A DNA stretch of 64,000 nucleotides from an uncultured Chloroflexia bacterium (GTDB lineage: Bacteria; Chloroflexota; Chloroflexia; Thermomicrobiales; UBA6265): assembly GCA_963724295.1 (NCBI GenBank), contig CAVRUC010000009.1, positions 224,001 through 288,000 on the forward strand, in the 5' to 3' direction. The notes under the pieces are model-generated. The model was given only the letters and a program-made list of their open reading frames with translations. It had not been told where the DNA came from and made no database searches. Shown here piece after piece: positions 51,224 through 62,641 of this stretch. Positions within the stretch are counted from its first letter, which is position 1. Each line of letters starts with the position of its first letter. Made by a program: the position numbers and the translations under genes.

Positions 51224-51824
51224 TCACGCCCGCGGTTGGTCGGTACTCTCGCTCACCCGTTTCGCCATCAGAATGTCTGGCTTGCCTGGGCCGTTGGCAT
51301 CCGGGATCAACCCCACGACCTCGAACCCTATGCGCAGGTAGAAACCTGCCGGGTGGTCGGCAACCCGCAGGTTCGCCGCGTGGGAGAGCACGTCCGGAAA
51401 GAGCTCGACGCCGCCGGCGCTCGTTCCGGGGGTCGGACCATCATCGTCCGTGCCGAGGTAGAGCGTCAGCCCGCCTGCCACCCGGACGCGTTCCTCGAGC
51501 GCCATCACCAAGCGCCCGTCCGACTCCCGTGCCACGGGCGTCCGCTTTCACTACCAGGGGATGGAGCTCCCAGGCGTGACTGTACTCTGGAATGGCGCCA
51601 ACCCAGCCAAGGATCTCATCATGAGCTCGCGCGACGAGGCAGATGCGCTCAGACCCCAGCGCTTCCATGACCTCTTCCCGCGCCAGCTCCAGGGTGGGTA
51701 GCCAATGCGGGAAAGCGTCGACCAGCATCGCGGAGGCCTCGTCGATCGCGGCTGTGTCACCGGCTCGCAGCGCGTCAATGACGAATCGAGGCTGCTTCAC
51801 ATCAGAATCGGCAGCGATGCTCAC
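51224..51824 (-). CDS. GNAT acetyltransferase, AAC(6')-Ia/Ii-like (apparent frameshift near 51510)
   Basis: WELHPLVV; TLYLGTDD; HPAGFY..GFEVVGLIPDANGPGKPDILMAK. Confidence 0.8.
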
Positions 51825-52486
51825 GACGCCGGGCTGCGCTGCTCCCGTGCCCAGTCGCTAACCGCCTGAAACCAGTCCGGGCTAAGCGCCGTCCGGCTCT
51901 CGGCCAGGAAGCGTGTCAGTGCCTCGCTGGTCAAGGCGGGTAGGGCAAGGCTGTGAGATGACTCTCGATACCTGTTCCGTTCCCAATCGAGAATGAAGAT
52001 AGACACCCGCTGACCGTCGCAACGCCAAACTTCCGGGATGCTCATGCTGGCGAGCAGCGGTAACTTATCGCGCGCCGACCGGCTCATTTCCATTTCCAAC
52101 ACGACATCAGGCGGCGGGTCGACGCTGAGGTCGACCTCTCGCCGATCGCGCACGCGTGGTTCATTCTGAATGTAGAAGCTGGCGTCAGGCTCAAACCCTC
52201 GCTCCAGATCGTGGCGTCGGTAGGTCGTCGAGGCAGTACTTCGAATCGGAATGCCAAGGACAGCCGTCACAATATCGACGATCCGGGTAATGGCCGCGGC
52301 GTCAACTTCGTGCGGCATTGATGGAGTCACGAGCTCCAACACCCCCCGATCGTATGTCATGCGAGGAACTCGCCGCTCTTCATCGTCGCTGAGCAGGCGC
52401 TCGTAGGTCTCCCAGCTGACGCAGTCCAGGACGACGCAATCGTCTGCCTCGACGCGAGGTGGACTAGCGACTGGTGCTGAGCTCAT
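51821..52486 (-). CDS. Uma2 family PD-(D/E)xK endonuclease-like protein
   Basis: VSWETYE, RMTYDRGVLE, EPDASFY, PPPDVVLE and IPEVWR. Confidence 0.92.
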   Translation of the reverse strand: MSSAPVASPPRVEADDCVVLDCVSWETYERLLSDDEERRVPRMTYDRGVLELVTPSMPHEVDAAAITRIVDIVTAVLGIPIRSTASTTYRRHDLERGFEPDASFYIQNEPRVRDRREVDLSVDPPPDVVLEMEMSRSARDKLPLLASMSIPEVWRCDGQRVSIFILDWERNRYRESSHSLALPALTSEALTRFLAESRTALSPDWFQAVSDWAREQRSPAS

Positions 52487-52502
52487 GAGAGCTATTTCCT
52501 CG

Positions 52503-53819
52503 CTAACGGTCTACGGATCCGAGCACGATGTCGATCGTCCCGATGAGGGCGACGACGTCGGCCAGCATCGACCCGTTGGCCATGTAGGGCAGGACGCTCA
52601 GGTTCACGAAGTCTGGGGCGCGGATGCGGAAGCGGTACGGCAGCGGCGAGCCGTCGGAGACGATGTAGTAGCCGAGCTCCCCCTTTGGTCCCTCGACCGC
52701 GACATAGACTTCGCCGACAGGCGGGCTGAATCCCTTGATGACCCAGATGAAGTGACGCTGCATGTCTTCGGCGGTCGTCATCGTCCCCTTGTGCGGCGGG
52801 ATGACGTACTCTGAATCCCACTCCATCAGCTCCGTGTCCATCCGCTCGCACTGGTCGAGCGCCTGGGTAATGATCTTGATCGTCTGCCGCATCTCTTCCA
52901 TGCGGACCAGGTAGCGGTCGTAGGTGTCCCCGTGCTGTCCCAGCGGTACCTCGAAATCGAGGCGGTCGTAGACGCAGTAGGGCATCGCTTTACGGATGTC
53001 GTAGTTCACACCCGAGCCACGCAGGCAGGCTCCTGTCAGCGAGTAGTTGATCGCGGCATCGGCCGGAATCACCCCCACACCCTTGGTGCGCGCCATCCAG
53101 ATCGGGTTTGCCGAGAGCAGATCCGCGTACTCCTGCTGGCGCTCGGGAAAGATCTGCAGGAAGTCGCGCACCATACCGGGAAGGTTTTCAGGGATCGGTC
53201 GCGAGAACCCGCCGATCTCCATCATGTTCGTCGTCAACCGGGCGCCACAGAAGGCTTCGAATAGATCGAGGATCAGCTCGCGCTCGCGGAAGCAGTAGAG
53301 CGACATCGAGAGCGCGCCGATGTCGAGGGCGTGCGTCCCGAGCCAGACTAGGTGGGAGGCGATACGCGCTAGCTCCGACATGATCACGCGCCAGTACTGC
53401 GCGCGCTCCGGCGCGGTGACGCCGCACAGCTTTTCAATCGCCAGCACGCAGCCCAGGTTGTTCATCGGCGCGGCGACGTAGTCGGTGCGGTCGGTCCAGG
53501 GGATGATCTGGGCGTAGCGGTGATGCTCGCCCAGCTTCTCCGTGCCCCGGTGCAGGTAGCCGATGACCGGGTCGCAATCGACGATCAGCTCGCCGTCGAG
53601 CTTCAGCACGACCCGCAGCACACCGTGGGTGCTGGGGTGCTGCGGCCCCATGTTGAGGGTCATCAGACGCTCGCCGGTCTGCAGCGCGACATCGTCCTCG
53701 ATGGTCAGCGGGCCCATCGACTGCGCGTCCGAGCTGAAAACCGCGCCGGCTTCGTATGGAGCCGGGAGATCGCGGCCGCTGGCGGCGTCGGAGGTTGGGA
53801 GTGAGGTATTGGTGCTCAT
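52503..53819 (-). CDS. nuoD: NADH-quinone oxidoreductase subunit D
   Basis: NMGPQHPSTHGVLR, GYLHRGTEK, EGPKGELG and DIVLGSVDR. Confidence 0.97.
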   Translation of the reverse strand: MSTNTSLPTSDAASGRDLPAPYEAGAVFSSDAQSMGPLTIEDDVALQTGERLMTLNMGPQHPSTHGVLRVVLKLDGELIVDCDPVIGYLHRGTEKLGEHHRYAQIIPWTDRTDYVAAPMNNLGCVLAIEKLCGVTAPERAQYWRVIMSELARIASHLVWLGTHALDIGALSMSLYCFRERELILDLFEAFCGARLTTNMMEIGGFSRPIPENLPGMVRDFLQIFPERQQEYADLLSANPIWMARTKGVGVIPADAAINYSLTGACLRGSGVNYDIRKAMPYCVYDRLDFEVPLGQHGDTYDRYLVRMEEMRQTIKIITQALDQCERMDTELMEWDSEYVIPPHKGTMTTAEDMQRHFIWVIKGFSPPVGEVYVAVEGPKGELGYYIVSDGSPLPYRFRIRAPDFVNLSVLPYMANGSMLADVVALIGTIDIVLGSVDR

Positions 53820-54554
53820 TCAGGAGACTCCTCGGCCTGTCCAGCGGGTGCGGACGCGGCCGACGGTTCGTTCGGTGTTGAAAACCGGGAACTCGCGCCA
53901 GCCGCGCAGCGGGTAGTCCTTGCGCAGCGGGTGACCTTCGTCCCAGTCGTCGGGCAGCAGCATGCGCTTCATGTTCGGGTGCCCTTCGAACGTAATCCCG
54001 AACATGTCGTAGCACTCGCGCTCCATCCAGTTGGCGCCGTTCCAGATCGGCACCAGCGATGGCACCGGTTCCCCGTCGTCGACGCCGGTCTTGAGGCGCA
54101 GCCGGGTGCGGTTCGGCAGCGAGTAGAGATGCGCCACCACGTCGAAGCGCGGGTTCTCACGCAACCGCAGCATATCGACCGCGGTCAGGTCGCTCAGAAA
54201 ATTGAGCTTTACCCGTGGCTCGTCTTTCAGGAAGAGGCAAATCGTGCGCCACTGCTCGCGCTTGACATGAATCGTGGTCTCGTCTCGAAAGCGGACCGCA
54301 TCGACGATCGCGTCCGCGAACGCGGCACGCAGCACCATGAGGGCCGGGTGGGCCTCGATATCCTCATGAAACCAGCGACCGCGCGACCAGGCGTCCTCGT
54401 CGAGGAGGGCTTCCTTCATCCCCTCGACGTCGCTGACTGGAGCGGATGCTTCCGCCGCGTCGGGAGATTCCCTGGCAATGGCGGCCGCTTCGGCTGCCTC
54501 CCTCGAGTCGGGTTGCGCCAGCCCTGAATCAGGCTCCATCGGTTTGTCTGTCAC
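53820..54554 (-). CDS. nuoC: NADH-quinone oxidoreductase subunit C
   Basis: ANWMERECYDMFG and GHPLRKDYPL. Confidence 0.95.
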   Translation of the reverse strand: MTDKPMEPDSGLAQPDSREAAEAAAIARESPDAAEASAPVSDVEGMKEALLDEDAWSRGRWFHEDIEAHPALMVLRAAFADAIVDAVRFRDETTIHVKREQWRTICLFLKDEPRVKLNFLSDLTAVDMLRLRENPRFDVVAHLYSLPNRTRLRLKTGVDDGEPVPSLVPIWNGANWMERECYDMFGITFEGHPNMKRMLLPDDWDEGHPLRKDYPLRGWREFPVFNTERTVGRVRTRWTGRGVS

Positions 54555-54581
54555 GCGCGTGGTGTCCTCGTGCCGGTGTGT

Positions 54582-55154
54582 TTAGACCCCGGGTTGGGCG
54601 GGAACGGCGTCGAGAGCTCCCATGGCTGCCTGCCGTTCGGCGCGGCGATTTTCCTCGGCGGCGACGACCCCTTGCTTGCGGGCCATCGTCTCGTACTTGA
54701 TCACCTTGTTCTGCAGCTCCAGGACGCCGTAATAGAGCGCCTCCGGCGTCGGTGGACATCCCGGAACGTAGATGTCGACCGGAATGACCTGATCGACGCC
54801 CTGGACCACGGCGTACGTGTCGTACGGACCACCAACGTTCGCGCACGACCCCATCGAGATCACCCACTTCGGTTCGGGCATCTGATCGTAGAGCGTGCGT
54901 ATCACGGGGGCCATCTTCTTGGTCACCGTGCCGGCGATGAACATCATGTCCGCTTGCCGCGGCGAGGCGCGATAGAGCATGCCGAAGCGCTCGGCCAGGT
55001 CGAACCTGGACATCGACGCGGCGATCATCTCGATCGCGCAGCAGGCCAGACCGAACTGCAGCCACCACAGGGACGAGCGCCGCGCCCAGTTGAAGAGAAA
55101 ATCGAGCGAAGTAATGAAGATATTCTTGTCGTACCGATCGTGAATCAGACCCAC
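54582..55154 (-). CDS. nuoB: NADH-quinone oxidoreductase subunit B
   Basis: [17 protein letters not shown] and YVPGCPP; GTG start overlaps the nuoA end. Confidence 0.96.
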   Translation of the reverse strand: MGLIHDRYDKNIFITSLDFLFNWARRSSLWWLQFGLACCAIEMIAASMSRFDLAERFGMLYRASPRQADMMFIAGTVTKKMAPVIRTLYDQMPEPKWVISMGSCANVGGPYDTYAVVQGVDQVIPVDIYVPGCPPTPEALYYGVLELQNKVIKYETMARKQGVVAAEENRRAERQAAMGALDAVPAQPGV

Positions 55155-55516
55155 TCCAGGGCCCCTTTCCTCCAGGCGTAGATATACCCAACGAACAGCA
55201 ACGCGATGAAGACCAGCATCTCCACGAATCCGAAGAGTCCGAGCTCCGTGAAGAGCACGGCCCACGGGAAGAGGAAGATCGCCTCGATGTCGAAGATCAC
55301 GAAGAGCATCGCCACGATGTAGAAGCGCGCCGTGTACCGCGCCTGCACCGGGGTCACGTTTGGCAAGCCGCTCTCATAGGGTGCCGCCTTCATCCAGCTT
55401 GGTTTCTGCGGGGCGACGATCCAGTTCAGGATCAGCAGGGTCATCCCCATGGCGAACGCCGCCGTCAACATCAGAGCGATGATGACCCAGTTGGAGCCGA
55501 ATGTCTCGATGCTCAC
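55145..55516 (-). CDS. nuoA: NADH-quinone oxidoreductase subunit A
   Basis: PYESG, FVIFDIE and RKGALEW. Confidence 0.95.
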   Translation of the reverse strand: MSIETFGSNWVIIALMLTAAFAMGMTLLILNWIVAPQKPSWMKAAPYESGLPNVTPVQARYTARFYIVAMLFVIFDIEAIFLFPWAVLFTELGLFGFVEMLVFIALLFVGYIYAWRKGALEWV

Positions 55517-55589
55517 GAGCTCGCGGTTCCCTTCAATCGGGATCAATCAGACGAGCGGCCGCCAGGAAGGCGGCCGGATCAACAAGCGA

Positions 55590-55598
55590 ATTTTACCA
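55590..55598 (-). promoter_or_regulatory. Extended -10 promoter candidate for nuoABCD
   Basis: Minus strand TGGTAAAAT (TGn-TAAAAT). Confidence 0.5.
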
Positions 55599-55634
55599 CG
55601 GTTGGCTCGGTTTCCGGCGGCGGAACGAGGCCCA

Positions 55635-57074
55635 TTAGCCGATGCGCACCGCCTCTTCCGGGAAGCGGTAGCGCTCGGGATGCTGGTGTCGCTGCAGGGC
55701 GTAGACCGCTGATCAGCGGACCGAGGTGCCCAACGAGCATCGATGCGCAGAGGATGAATTTGCCGGCGGCGGTGAGGGTCGGCGTGATGCCGGTGGAAAG
55801 CTCCCACAGTTGCCAGCGCGCTCATCGCCTCGAACATCAGGTTGAACATGCCCGTCTCCCGGTGTCCAACATGGTGCTCGGCGATCGGCGAGCGAGACCA
55901 CGACCAGACCGAAGATCAGGAGAAACAACGCGATGACCGTTACGGCGCGAAAAATCAGGGGCGTGGCGATGCGCCGTCCCCAGACCTGAGTCTCGGTATT
56001 GCCGCGCAAGCTCGAGCAACAGCGGCGAGGACGACGCCGACCGTATTGAGTCGGACACCTCCGGCCGTCGATCCGGACGCGCCGCCAATGAACATCAGTC
56101 CCAGCCAGAAGAAGAGCGTCAGCGGGTTGACAGACTGCCCAGTCGACGGACGTGAAGCCAGCCTCCGGGCAGAGACGCTCTGGAAGAGCGAGGCCAGCAA
56201 CTTTAGATCCGAGCGCGTGCCCGCCAGCGCCCCGCCCCATTCAGCTGCCAGAAAGACAATGCGTGCCCGCCGCCAGAAGCACGCCGTTCAATGTCAGCAC
56301 GATCTTGGAGTCGAGCACCAGCGACCGCCACGACCGTTTCCGTGCCACATCGGCGAAAACCATGTACGAGAGTGCACCAAACTGAATCAAGCCGATGAAC
56401 ACGAGATTGACCCAGACGTCGGTTGCTGCTGGTCGAATCGATTGATAGCTCCACCGTGAAGATCAAAGCCGGCATTGCAGAATGCCGAAACCGCGTAGAA
56501 CAGACCGTTCCAGAGCGCATTGAGCGGTCGCAAGCCGCCGGCCGTGCCAAACCAGACGGCGAGCGCGCCGCGCCGATGATCTCGACAACGAATGTGAAAC
56601 GCACGATCCGCCCGGCAAGAAATGACGGCCTCTTGAATCGAGAGGGCTGGTGCGCCGTCTTTGAGCAAGAGCTCGTCGCGCAGGGTGTACGCACCGGCGC
56701 CGCGGCGTAGCATCTGCAGCAGAATACTGGCGCCAACCATGAAGCCAAGCCCCCCGATCTGCGTCAGGACGAGGATCACGAACTGTCCGGACCAGTTCCA
56801 GTGTTCGAGCGTATCGACCACCGATAAGCCCAGTGACGGATCGCTGCCGAAACGGACGGTGAAAAAGGCATCGACCAACGGAGTCGGTTGGCCGGAACTG
56901 GTGACCCACGGCAGCGCCAGGAACACCGTGCCCATCAGCGATATGAAGATCAGACCTGAAACAAAGAGTTGCGCATGACGCCGCGCGTTCGTGCGTGACT
57001 CTGGATCGACGCTGCGGTCGCGAGTAGATTGGGGACCCGCCTGGTTGGGGTACGCGTCTTCGCGTGTTGACCAT
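55635..57074 (-). CDS. TrkH/KtrB potassium uptake membrane protein (multiple frameshifts)
   Basis: Fragments across frames: QIGGLGFM, SAFCNAGF, FQSVSAR, MFIGGASGSTAGG, FEAMSALATVG and YRFPEEAVRIG. Confidence 0.82.
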
Positions 57075-57081
57075 CAAGGCG

Positions 57082-57758
57082 CTAACTGTCCGCGAACGCG
57101 TCGATCGCTTCATCGAGACCCGCGACCAGGATGGTGTTCCCTTCATGCAACATTTCGTCGCCTGCTGGGCGCGGTAAGAGGAGATCACTCCGCTGGATGA
57201 GGATGATGCTCACGCCGGGTCTGGCCAGTTTCGATCTGAGTAACCGTCTGGCCAACAACAGAGCGGGGGACTTCCATGCGCGCGACCCCGCAGGTTTGGG
57301 ACAGGTTCATATACGCAACGAGATGCCGGATCTCCAGCGAATGGGCAACTTGATCCCCGGCTTCACTCTCGGGGAAGACGATCCGGTCTGCTCCCAGCTT
57401 GGTCAGGATCTCGCCATGGATGTCGGTTTCCGCCTTGGCGATGACCCAGGGGACGCCGATGCGCTTCAGGATCAGGGTGCAGCTGATGCTCGCCTCGATG
57501 TTCTGACCCTGGCCAACGACTGCGACCTCGGAGCGATCGACCCCAAGCGACAAAAGCGCCTTCTCGTCAGAGCCATCGGCCTGGGCGGCAAGCGTGGCGT
57601 AATCGGCCGCCTCGGCGACGCGACTCTCAGTCGATATCAATTGCGGTAACGTCGTAACCAAGCTCGTGGCTAACACGCGCCACGCTACTGCCAAACCGGC
57701 CCAGACCGATGACAGCGACGCGTTTTCGTGACGCCTCCTGGCGATTTCCCCCAAACAT
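57082..57758 (-). CDS. TrkA/KtrA potassium uptake regulatory (RCK) protein (multiple frameshifts)
   Basis: VAVIGLGRFGSS, AAQADGSDE and LGADRIVFPE in different frames. Confidence 0.82.
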
Positions 57759-57826
57759 GCCGATCCCTTCCCGATCGCCGCGTTTGCTTACATCCCTGGC
57801 AGAGCTGGTCGTCAGCCGACACCCAT

Positions 57827-59349
57827 CTAGGGTATCGGCGTCCCGATCAACGGGAACCGATCCGCGACTCGTTCCGGCGTCCAGGGTGTGTAGAGCCAGT
57901 CGGTGAAGAAGTCATCCAGCTCTTCGCCTGAGACCTCCTCGGCGAGGGCGATGAAATCGTCGGTCGTCGCGGTCGAGTAGCGATACCGTGCGGCCCATTC
58001 TTGAAGCAGCCGGAAGAACGTCTCGTCGCCGAGCAGCTGCCGCAGCTCGTGCATGAGCACGGCGCCGCCCGCGTACACCACCTCGGTGAACAGGTGATCG
58101 GGACCGGGGTCGCCGATCAGCACGCCTCTCCCGTCCGCCGTCCGGCTGACCGTCGCGAATCCGGCGATCTGCCGCTGCAGGGCGGCCGCGGCGGCGTCCG
58201 GTCCGTGGGCGGCATCGGCCCACAGGATCTCCGAGTAGCGCGCGAATCCTTCATTGAGCCAGATGTCTTGCCATTGTGCGGGCGAAACGCTGTCACCGAA
58301 CCATTGGTGGGCGATCTCGTGGGCGATAGTTCGCTCGTTCACCGCCGAAGTGTCGTAGCCGATCATGCCCTGGGTCTCGAGCGCCGCGTTCAACGGGCTG
58401 TCGGCGAAGACCGTGTTGCCAAGCGACGCGAACGGGTAAGGACCGAACAGCTCGGTGAAGACCTCGATCATCTCCGGTACGCGATCGAAGAGAATCCTCT
58501 CCTGCTTGGACAGATCGGGGGGAAACGCCTCGATCAAGGTGATGCCACCCGGTCCCTCGCCGAACGTGACCTCGAGATCGGCGGCGTGGAACATCACCAG
58601 GTAACTCGCCGTCGGCTCGCGGTTCTCCCAGGTGTAGGTGACCGTCGAGGGGTTGCCCGCGGCTCCGCTTGCCCGCGCCACCGAGGCGAGCTGCCCGTTG
58701 GAGACCACCTCGTACGGCTCGGGCACAGTGATCACCAGCGTGTAGGTCGATTTGTCCCGCGGGTGGCCATTGACCGGGTACCAGACATCAGACCCGCCGG
58801 CTCGCCGACCGTGAAGATCGAGCGGTCGGTCGTCCACCAGCCGCGCTCGAAGCGGTCGTTTTCGTCGATCTCCGGTTTCCCGTGGTAGCGCACTTCCGCC
58901 TGAAACGGCTGCCCCGCGGGGAGCGGACGCGCGGGGGTAATCGTCAGCTCACCACCATCCCGCGTCCAGTCGGCGCGCTCGCCGTCGACCGCGACCTCAT
59001 CGATCTGGGGACCTCTGAAATCGAGGTTGAATGCAGACAGGTCCTGGCTGGCGACGGCGTCGATCGTCGCCGTCGCATCGAGGATGGAACCCGCCTCGAT
59101 GTCGAGGTCGAGATCGATGGTGTAGTGGATGGCGTCGTAGCCGCCGTTGCCCAGCAGCGGGTAGTACCGATCGCCGATCCCGGCAGCGCCCGGGGACGGC
59201 ACACCCGGGATCGGGGTCGCCGCGACAGCCGGAGTCGCGGCGCCCCGGGCGCCGCTCGAGCCGGGCGCCATGAGCACCAGAGCGACGAGAACGCTGGCCA
59301 CGAGCATCGCGCCTCGTCGCCACGGACGCTCGTTGGAAAGTCGATACAC
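57827..59349 (-). CDS. Secreted M1 family aminopeptidase (apparent frameshift near 58795)
   Basis: GIGDRYYPLLGNGGYD; AALET; HEIAHQWFG...WLNEGFA zinc motif. Confidence 0.9.
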
Positions 59350-59536
59350 GCGGGACCTTTCACAGACGTTCGCCGGCCTGAGCCGCGGGCGATGCTACTG
59401 CGGTCAGGGACTCCCGTCGAACACTGCTGACCAATGCATCGACAAGCTAACCGTCAGAGCGTTGCCCGCCCTTTACACCAAACGCGGGCCCGGAGCGAAT
59501 CGTCTCCTTCTCCTCTCGACTCCTCGACTCCTCGAC

Positions 59537-60007
59537 TCAAATAAGCCACGGCCGCTCCGCCGCCCACCCGGCGAGGGCAATCGTCTGCGGCGTGGCCTCG
59601 ATGGCGCCTGGGCAGATGGAGCGCACCTCGGCGATCGCCTGCTCCGAGGAGAGCCCGCCTCGGATCAGATAGGCGGCGAGTACCGTCCCGGTGCGGCCCT
59701 GTCCGGCCAGACAATGGACGGCGACCGGGGTGCCGGCCGCGCGAGCGTCGTCGAGGAAGGCCAGAGCCTCCAGCATCTGGGTCGTCGTGGGCGCGTGGAA
59801 GTCGTCAACCGGAAGGTGCAGACCCGAGATTCCGTGGCGCTCCAGCGCTCCCCAGGGAAGGGCGGTCTCGGTCAGCGTCAGCAGCGCGCCGATGCCGTAA
59901 CCGCTGAGGGCGGCCAGATCGCGGTCGATGTTCCCGTCGCGCCCGGCTCCCGGACGCGAGCAACCGGCAAGGACGTTGTCGATGATCCAGTAGAAGCGCT
60001 GCATCAT
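59537..60007 (-). CDS. Dual-specificity protein phosphatase family protein
   Basis: HCLAGQGRTG (CX5R) loop. Confidence 0.93.
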   Translation of the reverse strand: MMQRFYWIIDNVLAGCSRPGAGRDGNIDRDLAALSGYGIGALLTLTETALPWGALERHGISGLHLPVDDFHAPTTTQMLEALAFLDDARAAGTPVAVHCLAGQGRTGTVLAAYLIRGGLSSEQAIAEVRSICPGAIEATPQTIALAGWAAERPWLI

Positions 60008-60157
60008 TGCTTTCCGTTGTCGCCGCGACGCCGGCCCAGAGTCTGGCCACGACTCCGTCATGGCAGGGTACCCTATGCGCTAGAGGCTCGCTGTCTGGCA
60101 CGCGGGGTGCATCCTCTTCCAGACGCGGCAATCGCAGACGAAAGGGGCAGGCGCGGC

Positions 60158-60706
60158 ATGGCCAAAGACAAAGCCAAAGTTCACCTCGTGAAAGACGGCG
60201 ATCACCGGTCCGAGCGCCCGCGGACCTTCGAGACGGCGGTCGATCTCTCCGCCGCGACCCGGGTTGCCATGATCGAGCTGCTCAATCAGGAGCTGGCGGA
60301 CACCTCTGATCTCTATAGCCAGACCAAGCAGGCGCACTGGAATGTGAAGGGCATCCACTTCTATCAGCTCCATCTACTCTTCGATCAACTGGCGGAGAAG
60401 CGGCAGGCCGAGGCCGACGAGCTTGCCGAGCGAGCGACCGAGCTCGGTGGTTACGCACTGGGTACGGTGCGCATGGCCGCGGCCAACTCCCGGCTACCGG
60501 AGATCCCGGCCGATATCAACACCGGTGTCGACTACGTGCAGGCGCTCGTCGAGCGCTACGGCATCCATGCCAACGCCGTGCGGGCTGCCATCGACGAAGC
60601 CGACGAGGCCGGAGACAAGGACACCGCGGACCTCTTCACCGAGATCTCGCGGGAATTGGACAAAGACCTCTGGTTCCTCCAGGCCCATCTGCAAGCGCGG
60701 GACTAG
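60158..60706 (+). CDS. dps: DNA starvation/stationary phase protection protein Dps
   Basis: KQAHWNVKG, LHLLFD, DELAER and DKDLWFL. Confidence 0.95.
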   Translation: MAKDKAKVHLVKDGDHRSERPRTFETAVDLSAATRVAMIELLNQELADTSDLYSQTKQAHWNVKGIHFYQLHLLFDQLAEKRQAEADELAERATELGGYALGTVRMAAANSRLPEIPADINTGVDYVQALVERYGIHANAVRAAIDEADEAGDKDTADLFTEISRELDKDLWFLQAHLQARD

Positions 60707-60736
60707 CCGTTCGCCGGCGCGTGCCGGCCTCAGGAG

Positions 60737-62389
60737 ATGTCGATGCCCGGCACGCCCGATGCCCTCGCCCCGGATCTGATCCTCGTCAACGGCGCCTTCC
60801 ACACGGTCGATGAAGCCAACCCGCGGGCGACGGCCGTGGCCATCCGCGATGGGCGGTTCGTCGCGGTCGGCGGCGAAGAGATTCGCGCCCTGGCCGGGCC
60901 GGCGACACGCATCGAGGACCTGGGCGGAGCGGCCGTCGTACCAGGCTTGATCGACGCCCACAACCACCTGCAAGCGACCGGCCGCATGTTGCGCGAGGTC
61001 CAGCTCTACGACACTCGCGCCATGCCCGAGATCGTCGCCCGTGTGGCGGCGCGTGTGCGCGAGACGCCACGAGGTGAGTGGGTCGTCGGGCGCGGTTGGG
61101 ACGAGAGTCTGCTCGCCGAAGCTCGCCATCCCACCCGCCACGACCTCGACGCCGTCTCGCCTGACAACCCGGTCGTCATCCACCGCGTCTGGAACAAGCT
61201 CGTCTGCAACTCGGCGGCGCTGCGAGCGGCGGGGATCGATCGCGAGACACCCGATCCGCCCGCTGACGTGCTCTACAGCGGGTCGTTCGAGCGGGACGAA
61301 TCCGGGGAGCCGACGGGCCTCTTCCGGGACCGGGCCAAGGACCTGATCACCGATCACATCCCGGAGCCAACCGAGGAGGAGCGAGTCGCGGCGGTCGCGG
61401 CCGCCTGCCGCGCCTACAACGCGGTTGGATTGACCGGGGTCGCGGAACCGGGGCTCTATCCCCCGGAAATTCGCGCCTTCGACCGCGCGCGACGGGAGGG
61501 GAAGCTCACCGTCCGCACCGACATGCTGATGGCCGCCTGGGGTTTCGGCGCCCCCGAGAGCGAGCAAGGGCTCGAGGAGCGCTTCGAGAGCCTGGGCGTC
61601 GGCGGTGGGCTGGGCGATGACCTGCTGCGGCTGGAAGGCATCAAGCTGATGATCGACGGCGGCATGAGCGACCGCACGGCGCGTATGTTCGATTCCTACC
61701 TGGACGAGCCCGCTAACCGTGGCACCTGGGTCGTCGAGCCGGCGCGACTGGTGAACCTCATCCGCTGGGTCCACGATCTGGGCTGGCCGATGGACATCCA
61801 CACCTGCGGCGACGAGGCGCAGGAGACGGTCGTTTGCACCTTCGCCGCCGCCCAGCGCGAGAACCCGAAGCCGTGGTTGCGGCACCGCGTCCATCACGCC
61901 TATTTTCCGACGCCCGCCGCGCTCGAAGCGATGGCGGAGGCCGGGATTTCGGCGGTGGTCTCCTCTCCGTTCCTCACGAACTTGGGCGAGGGATTCGTCA
62001 ATAGCGTCGGACCCGAGCGCGCCAGCCGCGCCATGCCGATGCGAACCTACCTCAATGCCGGCGTACCCCTGGCGGGATCGTCCGACTCCTATATCACCGA
62101 CTACAACCCCTGGGTAGGAATGCACGCCGCGGTCAATCGCACGACGGCCACCGGCCGTGACCTGGGCAAAGAGACCGAGGCCCTGACACCTGAGGAGGCG
62201 CTCCGCTCCTACACGATTGGCGGCGCGTACGTCACCGGCCGCGAAGACCGGCAGGGCTCGATCGCCCCCGGCAAGCTGGCCGACCTGGTCGTGCTCGACC
62301 GCGACCCGCTGGCGATCTCGCCCGACGAGCTCGATCGGGTGCGCCCGACCGCGACCATGCTCGGCGGGGAGTGGGTCTTCCGAGCGTAG
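60737..62389 (+). CDS. Amidohydrolase 3 (YtcJ-like)
   Basis: PGLIDAHNH, IKLMIDG, IHTCGD, RHRVHHA, GSSD and GKLADLVVLD. Confidence 0.92.
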   Translation: MSMPGTPDALAPDLILVNGAFHTVDEANPRATAVAIRDGRFVAVGGEEIRALAGPATRIEDLGGAAVVPGLIDAHNHLQATGRMLREVQLYDTRAMPEIVARVAARVRETPRGEWVVGRGWDESLLAEARHPTRHDLDAVSPDNPVVIHRVWNKLVCNSAALRAAGIDRETPDPPADVLYSGSFERDESGEPTGLFRDRAKDLITDHIPEPTEEERVAAVAAACRAYNAVGLTGVAEPGLYPPEIRAFDRARREGKLTVRTDMLMAAWGFGAPESEQGLEERFESLGVGGGLGDDLLRLEGIKLMIDGGMSDRTARMFDSYLDEPANRGTWVVEPARLVNLIRWVHDLGWPMDIHTCGDEAQETVVCTFAAAQRENPKPWLRHRVHHAYFPTPAALEAMAEAGISAVVSSPFLTNLGEGFVNSVGPERASRAMPMRTYLNAGVPLAGSSDSYITDYNPWVGMHAAVNRTTATGRDLGKETEALTPEEALRSYTIGGAYVTGREDRQGSIAPGKLADLVVLDRDPLAISPDELDRVRPTATMLGGEWVFRA

Positions 62390-62544
62390 GGGTGGGCACC
62401 AGCCAATCGCCGGGATCGCATCTGCCCGTTCAACCGGGGTAGGCATTTCCAGCGTGAAGGGCTATGATGCGCGCGGCGCGTTGCCCGCGGCGTCTCGAAA
62501 CTTGTGTAGCAAACACGCAACGGAGCTGGAACGGGAGGCGAAAT

Positions 62545-62604
62545 ATGACTGTGCTTGCACTCCATAGCTCACCCATCGCTGCCTCCGACAGCCGCGCCAG
62601 CTAG
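62545..62604 (+). CDS. Putative 19-aa leader peptide upstream of rsgA
   Basis: GGGAGG RBS; MTVLALHSSPIAASDSRAS*. Confidence 0.55.
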   Translation: MTVLALHSSPIAASDSRAS

Positions 62605-62641
62605 GAACCCCCTGCTCCGCGCCTCGTCGGCGCAAAGACAG

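Noticed and set aside
51821..52486. Uma2 gene as a restriction/defence system
   Set aside because: Uma2 genes are abundant scattered paralogs in such genomes; no methyltransferase or partner gene
59270..60157. Long N-terminal extension on Dps
   Set aside because: It overlaps the minus-strand phosphatase; the Dps domain starts at ATG 60158 after a purine-rich RBS
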